Shown here: positions 59,026 to 64,000 of the stretch, piece after piece
Numbering within the stretch: the stretch's first letter is position 1
Layout: each line of letters starts with the position of its first letter
Assembly (NCBI GenBank): GCA_963833225.1
Contig: CAWHXD010000019.1
Span: forward strand, 672,001 to 736,000
Direction: 5' to 3'
Length of the DNA stretch: 64,000 nucleotides
DNA from: an uncultured Chloroflexia bacterium
GTDB lineage: Bacteria > Chloroflexota > Limnocylindria > Limnocylindrales > CSP1-4
Position numbers and translations under genes: made by a program
The notes under the pieces: model-generated
The model's database searches: none
Told to the model about the DNA's origin: nothing
The model's input: only the letters and a program-made list of their open reading frames with translations

Positions 59026-60015
59026 GTGCTCCACCTCGTAGCGCCTCGCGCCGTCATCGAGCTCGCCTATGACCCGATCGTCCGGATCGGTGACTTCAGC
59101 GTCCGCCTCGAGACCCTCGGCATCGCCCTTGTGGTGTTTCTGGCCCTCGTGATCGCGGTGCTGGTCGCCCGCACCACGCCCGTCGACCTCATCAAGCCGC
59201 CTGACGCCCCGGGGGAGGAGCCGGCCGAGCTCAACCACCTGCGCGCGGACGACCTGTTGTACATCGCCGTGGCGGCCCTGCCGGGGGCCGCGGTTGGCGC
59301 ACGCCTCGGCTACCTGCTGCTGCACTGGGACTTCTACCAGGCCAACCCCGGGGCGCTGCTCGATCTCAGCCAGGGCGGGCTCCAGCTTTCGCTGGGGGTC
59401 GTGGGGGGCGTGATCACGGCGTCGATCGTGGCGGGACTGCTGGGGGCACCGGTTGGTCGATGGCTGCACGCGATGACGCTCCCGGTGCTCCTGGCACTCG
59501 CGGGCGGCAAGGCGGCGATGGCCCTCGGCGGAACCGGCCAGGGTCAGCTCACCGACGCGTCCTGGGCGACGGCCTACACGGGGCCCGGACCATGGGGCTC
59601 GCTGGCACCCCAGCTGGCGGCCCACCCCGCCCAGCTCTACGAGGCGCTGGCCACCCTCGTCGTGATCATCCTCGTCGCCTGGGTGCTGGCGTTCGACGCC
59701 TTTCCCGGCCGCAATGGAGGTGTGTTCCTGTTCGCGATCGGGTCATGGGCGATCGCCAGGGCGATCGTTGCCGGGATTTGGCGTGACCCCGAGGTCATCG
59801 GCCCGCTGCGCGCGGACCAGGTGATCTCGATCACGATCGCGATCGTCGCGTACGGGCTGATGCTGGTCATCGGCTGGGTCGCCGTGGTGCGAGGACGCAG
59901 GGCGCGGGCAAGCGCGATCCAGGGTTCGGCGGCCGTTGCCGGGCCTGCGCCGCGAGGGGCGCAGGCGCCCGGCGAGCCCGACTGGCCGGACCCGTCGGTT
60001 CGCCCCCGGATCTGA
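59026..60015 (+). CDS. Divergent Lgt-family membrane protein (second paralog)
   Basis: DP..RIG, GARLGYLL, GGL...GV.GG, HPAQLYE; GRxGNF signature replaced by GKAAMA. Confidence 0.72.
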   Translation: MLHLVAPRAVIELAYDPIVRIGDFSVRLETLGIALVVFLALVIAVLVARTTPVDLIKPPDAPGEEPAELNHLRADDLLYIAVAALPGAAVGARLGYLLLHWDFYQANPGALLDLSQGGLQLSLGVVGGVITASIVAGLLGAPVGRWLHAMTLPVLLALAGGKAAMALGGTGQGQLTDASWATAYTGPGPWGSLAPQLAAHPAQLYEALATLVVIILVAWVLAFDAFPGRNGGVFLFAIGSWAIARAIVAGIWRDPEVIGPLRADQVISITIAIVAYGLMLVIGWVAVVRGRRARASAIQGSAAVAGPAPRGAQAPGEPDWPDPSVRPRI

Positions 60016-60028
60016 TCGCCGGCTGGCC

Positions 60029-61252
60029 TCAGAGCGCGCCGCGAAGGACCGAGGTCAGCTCCTCGTCGGTCAGCAGCACCGGGTTCGTGCGCATCGAGCT
60101 CCCGCGGCCATCGGCAACGATGGCGGGGATCCCGCGCTCGTCCAGGCCGAAGGTGGCCAGGCCCGGGACGGCGAGCGCCGTTGCCCACCGGCGGAGCTCG
60201 ACCACGAGGGCGCGGCGGGCCTCGCGTTCTGGTGCCGTCTCCGGGAGCGTGGCGACGAGCCGGCCGAGGGTCGCATACCGGGCGAGGGCCGGCGAGCCCG
60301 GATCGCGCGATTCGAGGGCCGCGACGTTCGCCGCCGTGATGCCGGCGAGCGTGGATCCACACGCGACCCCATGCGGGATGGGGAGCTGGGCCCCGAGCGG
60401 GGAGGCGAGTCCGTGGACCCCGCCGAGACCGGCATGCGCGAGGCAGATCCCCGAGAGCAGCGCGGCGTAGGCCATTCCCGAGCGCGCGGCCGGCGCCGCG
60501 GGTCCCTCCGGGTCGGCGTGCCACGGCAGCAGCGCCTCACGGGCCGCTGCAAGCCCGGCGAGGGCGAGGGCATCGGTGACCGGCCCCGCCTTGGTGGACA
60601 CGTAGGCCTCGAGGAGCTGGGTGACCGCGTCCATGCCGTGGGCCGCGATCCGCGCCGGCCCGGCCCCGGCCAACAGGTCCGGGTCAACGATGGCGTCGGC
60701 TGCCACGAGACGCTCGTCGCGGAAGGATCGCTTGTAGCCGGCTGGGCCGCGTTCGCTCAGCACCGCGTTGCGGGTGGCCTCGGAGCCCGTGCCCGCCGTG
60801 GTCGGAACGGCGACGAGCGGCACGGGCGTGCCGTCGTAGGGGCGGTGGCCGGGGAGGCCCTCGAGATGCTCGACGACGCTCGCCCCCGACCGGAGCAGCC
60901 CGGCGATCGCCTTCGCCCCGTCGAGCACGCTGCCGCCGCCGATCCCGACGACCACGTCCGCCGCCCCGTCGTGATGGGTCCTCACGGCGCCGTCCACCAC
61001 GCCGGGGGAGGGCTCGTCCGTGATGGCGACCTCGCCCGTGACGGTGACGCCCGCAGCCGCCAGGTCGGCGAGGAGCGCGTCACGCCGGCCCGACGCGGCG
61101 AGCGATCGCCCGCCGGTCACGAGGAGCACCCGGTTCCCGTGCCCCGCCACGATCTCGGGCAATCGCGCGAGCGTGCCGGGCCCAAAGGTGATCCTGGGGA
61201 TCCGCCCCAACGCGAATGGCGGGACGGGCGCGATGCGGGCCAGCTCGGTCAC
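60029..61252 (-). CDS. Iron-containing alcohol dehydrogenase
   Basis: GIGGGSVLD.AK, VPTTAGTGSEAT, DAVTQLLE, G.VHG, HG. Confidence 0.9.
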   Translation of the reverse strand: MTELARIAPVPPFALGRIPRITFGPGTLARLPEIVAGHGNRVLLVTGGRSLAASGRRDALLADLAAAGVTVTGEVAITDEPSPGVVDGAVRTHHDGAADVVVGIGGGSVLDGAKAIAGLLRSGASVVEHLEGLPGHRPYDGTPVPLVAVPTTAGTGSEATRNAVLSERGPAGYKRSFRDERLVAADAIVDPDLLAGAGPARIAAHGMDAVTQLLEAYVSTKAGPVTDALALAGLAAAREALLPWHADPEGPAAPAARSGMAYAALLSGICLAHAGLGGVHGLASPLGAQLPIPHGVACGSTLAGITAANVAALESRDPGSPALARYATLGRLVATLPETAPEREARRALVVELRRWATALAVPGLATFGLDERGIPAIVADGRGSSMRTNPVLLTDEELTSVLRGAL

Positions 61253-61554
61253 GAGGCCGGCGTCTCCGGAAACAGGCCCACGTAGCGGACGCCGTAGCGC
61301 TTCTCGGCAAACATCTCGGCCGTCGCCTCGCGCCACTCGGCGTAGTGGGGGGTTTCCCGGTGCGCCAGCGCCGCCGCCTCGTCGACGTACCACTCGTAGA
61401 GCACGAACCGGGTGGGGTCGTCGGCCTGGCGCAGGAGGTCGAATCGGACGTTGCCGGGCTCCCGGCCCGAGGCCTCGCAGTTGGCCCGGCAGGCATCTTC
61501 GAACGCGTCGGCATGCTCCGGCTTGACATGGCAGTGGACGAGGGTCACGAACAT
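61249..61554 (-). CDS. ABM/LsrG-like monooxygenase or isomerase
   Basis: EPGNVRFDLL, FVLYE.Y, AH.ETPHY..W. Confidence 0.85.
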   Translation of the reverse strand: MFVTLVHCHVKPEHADAFEDACRANCEASGREPGNVRFDLLRQADDPTRFVLYEWYVDEAAALAHRETPHYAEWREATAEMFAEKRYGVRYVGLFPETPAS

Positions 61555-61722
61555 GGCGGCAGCTCCCTGGCGGTGACGTTGCACCGAGATCACGAATCTA
61601 TGCCCGTTGGCCCGTTCGCGGGATGTCCGTCGGGACCTTCGCCCTCCGTCCGGCACTGGCCCGGTCGAGCCGATGCGCCGAGGCTAGCCCCGATCGATGG
61701 GATTCATCCAGAGGAGCGTTCC

Positions 61723-62136
61723 ATGGCCCGGCAGTTCGTCGTCCAGCTCGACAACCACCCCGGCGAGCTCGCCCAGCTCAGCCGCACCTTCGCCCAGCGG
61801 GGCGTCCAGATCCATCACGCCGCCTGCGTCGGGACCGGGCCCCTCCAGTGCATGTTCGTGACATTCACCGACGACGACGCCGCCAGGTCCGTGCTCAAGG
61901 GCCTGGGCCACGTGTTCGTCGAGGGTGAGCCCGTCATGGTCGAGGTCCCCGATGAGCCAGGAAGCCTCGGCGCCGTGAGCCAGAAGCTGGCCGACGCAGG
62001 CGTCCTGGTGAGCGGCGTGATCCAGGCGGGCGCAAAGCCCGGCAAGCTCGAGATGGCGTTCTGCGTGGATGACGAATGCAAGGCGCGCGAGGCGCTGGGT
62101 CTTCACGCCGAGGATTGCGTCGGCTGCTCGTCCTGA
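61723..62136 (+). CDS. Tandem ACT-domain protein
   Basis: LDNHPGELA and VPDEPGSLG ACT repeats; GAGGAG RBS. Confidence 0.8.
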   Translation: MARQFVVQLDNHPGELAQLSRTFAQRGVQIHHAACVGTGPLQCMFVTFTDDDAARSVLKGLGHVFVEGEPVMVEVPDEPGSLGAVSQKLADAGVLVSGVIQAGAKPGKLEMAFCVDDECKAREALGLHAEDCVGCSS

Positions 62137-62475
62137 GGCCGGAGGACCCCGGGCCCGAGCCCCAGCCGGGATCCCCTGGCCGCCGAGCGAGAGGTCGCCC
62201 GAAGCCTCAACCAGCGCGTGACGCGCCGGCTCGGGCGACCGGGGCCCGGAACGTCACGCGACTTGCCTCGTCGCGTGATGAGTGAGGCCCCTCGCGACCG
62301 ACCTGTCCCGCGGTGCGTCCGTTGGGGCGCCGCGCGCCCGGTGACGACCCCGCGCCCCCAAGGCGCCCGCCCGACGGCGCCGCGCCCCTGAGGCGCCTGA
62401 CGGCGCCACACCGTCGAGAACGGCCGTCGGCCCGGTCCGCGCGGAGCGGACCGGGCCGACAGGAGGCGGCGAGGA

Positions 62476-63870
62476 CTACGAGACTCGCGGGAAGTTCGCG
62501 AGCCCTCGCTTGATGAACTTGCCGTGGCCGGCGGGGCCGGTCCACTCGCCGTCGCGGACCACCACGGTGCCGCGCGACAGCACGACATCGGAGCCGCCCT
62601 GGACGGTCATCCCCTCGTAGCAGCTGTAGTCGACGTCCATGTGGTGAGTCGAGGCAGACAGCACATGGCTCCGGTTCGGATCGTAGACAACGATGTCGGC
62701 GTCCGAGCCGGCGGCGATCAGGCCCTTCTTCGGGTACATCCCGAAGATCTTCGCGGGAGCCGTCGACACGACCTCGACCCAGCGCTCCTTTGTCAGCCGC
62801 CCGTCGACGACCGCCTGGTGCATGAGATCGACCCGCTCCTCGACCCCGGGCAGGCCATTGGGGATCTTGCGGAAGTCGCCGCGTCCCAGCTCCTTCTGGC
62901 CGTGGAAGTCGAACGGGCAGTGGTCCGTGCCGATGAGCTGGAGGTCGTCTCGCTTGAGCGCGTTCCAGAGCTCGACCGCGTGGTCCTTCGTGCGCAGCGG
63001 CGGGGAGCACACGAACTTGGCGCCCTCGAAGCCGTGGCCGAGGTCGTCGAGCGTCAGGTACAGGTACTGCGGGCAGGTCTCCGCCCAGGTCATCGCGCCG
63101 CGGTTGCGCGCGGCCATGACGGCGTCAAGCGCCTCCTTGGCCGACAGGTGCACGAAGTACACGGGGACGCCCGCGACCTCGGCCAGCCGGATCATCCGGC
63201 TCGTCGCCTCGCCCTCGAGACGCGAGTCACGCGCGAGGCCGTGGCCAATGGGATCGGTCACCCCGGCATCGATCTGCTCGGCCGCCAGGATGTCGATCAC
63301 GGGCCCGTTCTCAGCGTGCATCAGGATGAGCCCGCCGTTCTTCTTCGTCTGCTGCATCGCGCGGAAGATGTGGTCATCCGGCGAGAGGAAGACGCCCGGG
63401 TAGGCGGTGAACAGCTTGAAGTCCGGAACGCCCTCGGCGACCAGCTGGTCCATCTCGGCCAGCGTCGAGTCGTTGACGTCCGACATGATCATGTGGAAGC
63501 CGTAGTCGATGACGGCGTTGCCCTCGGCCTTCTTGCGCCAGGCGTCGAGGCCCTCGTGCAGTGGCTGGCCCTTCGTCTGGACCGCGAAGTCGACGATCGA
63601 GGTGGTGCCGCCGAAGGCCGCAGCCCGCGTGCCGGTCTCGAAGGTGTCCTTGGCGAAGGTTCCGCCGAACGGCAGCTCCATGTGGGTGTGGGCGTCGATT
63701 CCGCCCGGGATCACGTACTTGCCCGCGGCGTCGACGGTCTGGTCGGCCGTCACTCCGGCCCCGGCCAGGTTCGCGCCGACCTGCGCGATCGTCTCGCCGT
63801 CGACCAGGACATCGGCCTGGTATGACCCGTCGGCGGTGACGATGGTGCCGTTGGCGATCAGGGTCCGCAT
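62476..63870 (-). CDS. hydA: Dihydropyrimidinase (D-hydantoinase)
   Basis: PGGIDAHTH, FK, HAEN, VHLS, ETCPQY, CSPPLR, TDHCPF, G.IAAGSDADIV. Confidence 0.93.
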   Translation of the reverse strand: MRTLIANGTIVTADGSYQADVLVDGETIAQVGANLAGAGVTADQTVDAAGKYVIPGGIDAHTHMELPFGGTFAKDTFETGTRAAAFGGTTSIVDFAVQTKGQPLHEGLDAWRKKAEGNAVIDYGFHMIMSDVNDSTLAEMDQLVAEGVPDFKLFTAYPGVFLSPDDHIFRAMQQTKKNGGLILMHAENGPVIDILAAEQIDAGVTDPIGHGLARDSRLEGEATSRMIRLAEVAGVPVYFVHLSAKEALDAVMAARNRGAMTWAETCPQYLYLTLDDLGHGFEGAKFVCSPPLRTKDHAVELWNALKRDDLQLIGTDHCPFDFHGQKELGRGDFRKIPNGLPGVEERVDLMHQAVVDGRLTKERWVEVVSTAPAKIFGMYPKKGLIAAGSDADIVVYDPNRSHVLSASTHHMDVDYSCYEGMTVQGGSDVVLSRGTVVVRDGEWTGPAGHGKFIKRGLANFPRVS

Positions 63871-64000
63871 CGGTCCTCCTCGCGTGCTGTGGCCCGCCTC
63901 GCAGGGAGGCGGTGGGACGCTCGTAGACCCATCCTAGCGAGGGCGACCGGCATCGACAGGGCCGGTTGACGTGGACAGGGCCCCCCGGCACCCCGGTTGG

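Noticed and set aside
62137-62475. Possible ncRNA or REP-like element between convergent genes
   Set aside because: Only degenerate GC-rich direct repeats, not distinguishable from background

Overview
Very GC-rich (visually about 70%) bacterial chromosomal window, almost fully coding. Gene style is consistent with a Chloroflexota or Actinomycetota-like organism (inference only). I found no rRNA, tRNA, CRISPR array, transposase or integrase. In order: (1) choline oxidation and betaine-type ABC uptake (betA, proVWX-like). (2) A putative low-oxygen island (6.3-16.8 kb): cNMP-binding protein, group 3b [NiFe]-hydrogenase with fused beta-gamma subunit, maturation protease, CBS protein and a four-subunit 2-oxoacid:ferredoxin oxidoreductase. 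It is bracketed by two paralogous eRF1/host-attachment-like small genes and carries recurring DosR-box-like motifs, including a tandem array. (3) An ArsR-DsrE-TusA-DsrE2-TusA-SQR sulfur-relay operon. (4) OsmC and a MarR-RND pump. (5) A PAPS-generating cluster (cysQ-cysD-cysN, TauE, degenerate-Sat/CysC) with three paralogous sulfotransferase-fold genes and an Eis-type acetyltransferase. (6) A minimal sufBD-Rieske operon and a ferritin-like/VIT1 fusion. (7) Lrp, ECF sigma/anti-sigma, two lgt paralogs, plsC-like, pckA, mdh, S8 protease, iron-containing ADH and dihydropyrimidinase. The best candidates for undescribed systems are the sulfation cluster (28.1-38.6 kb) and the H2/sulfur low-oxygen island (6.3-20.0 kb). 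All family calls come from motif recognition by eye; no database search was run.
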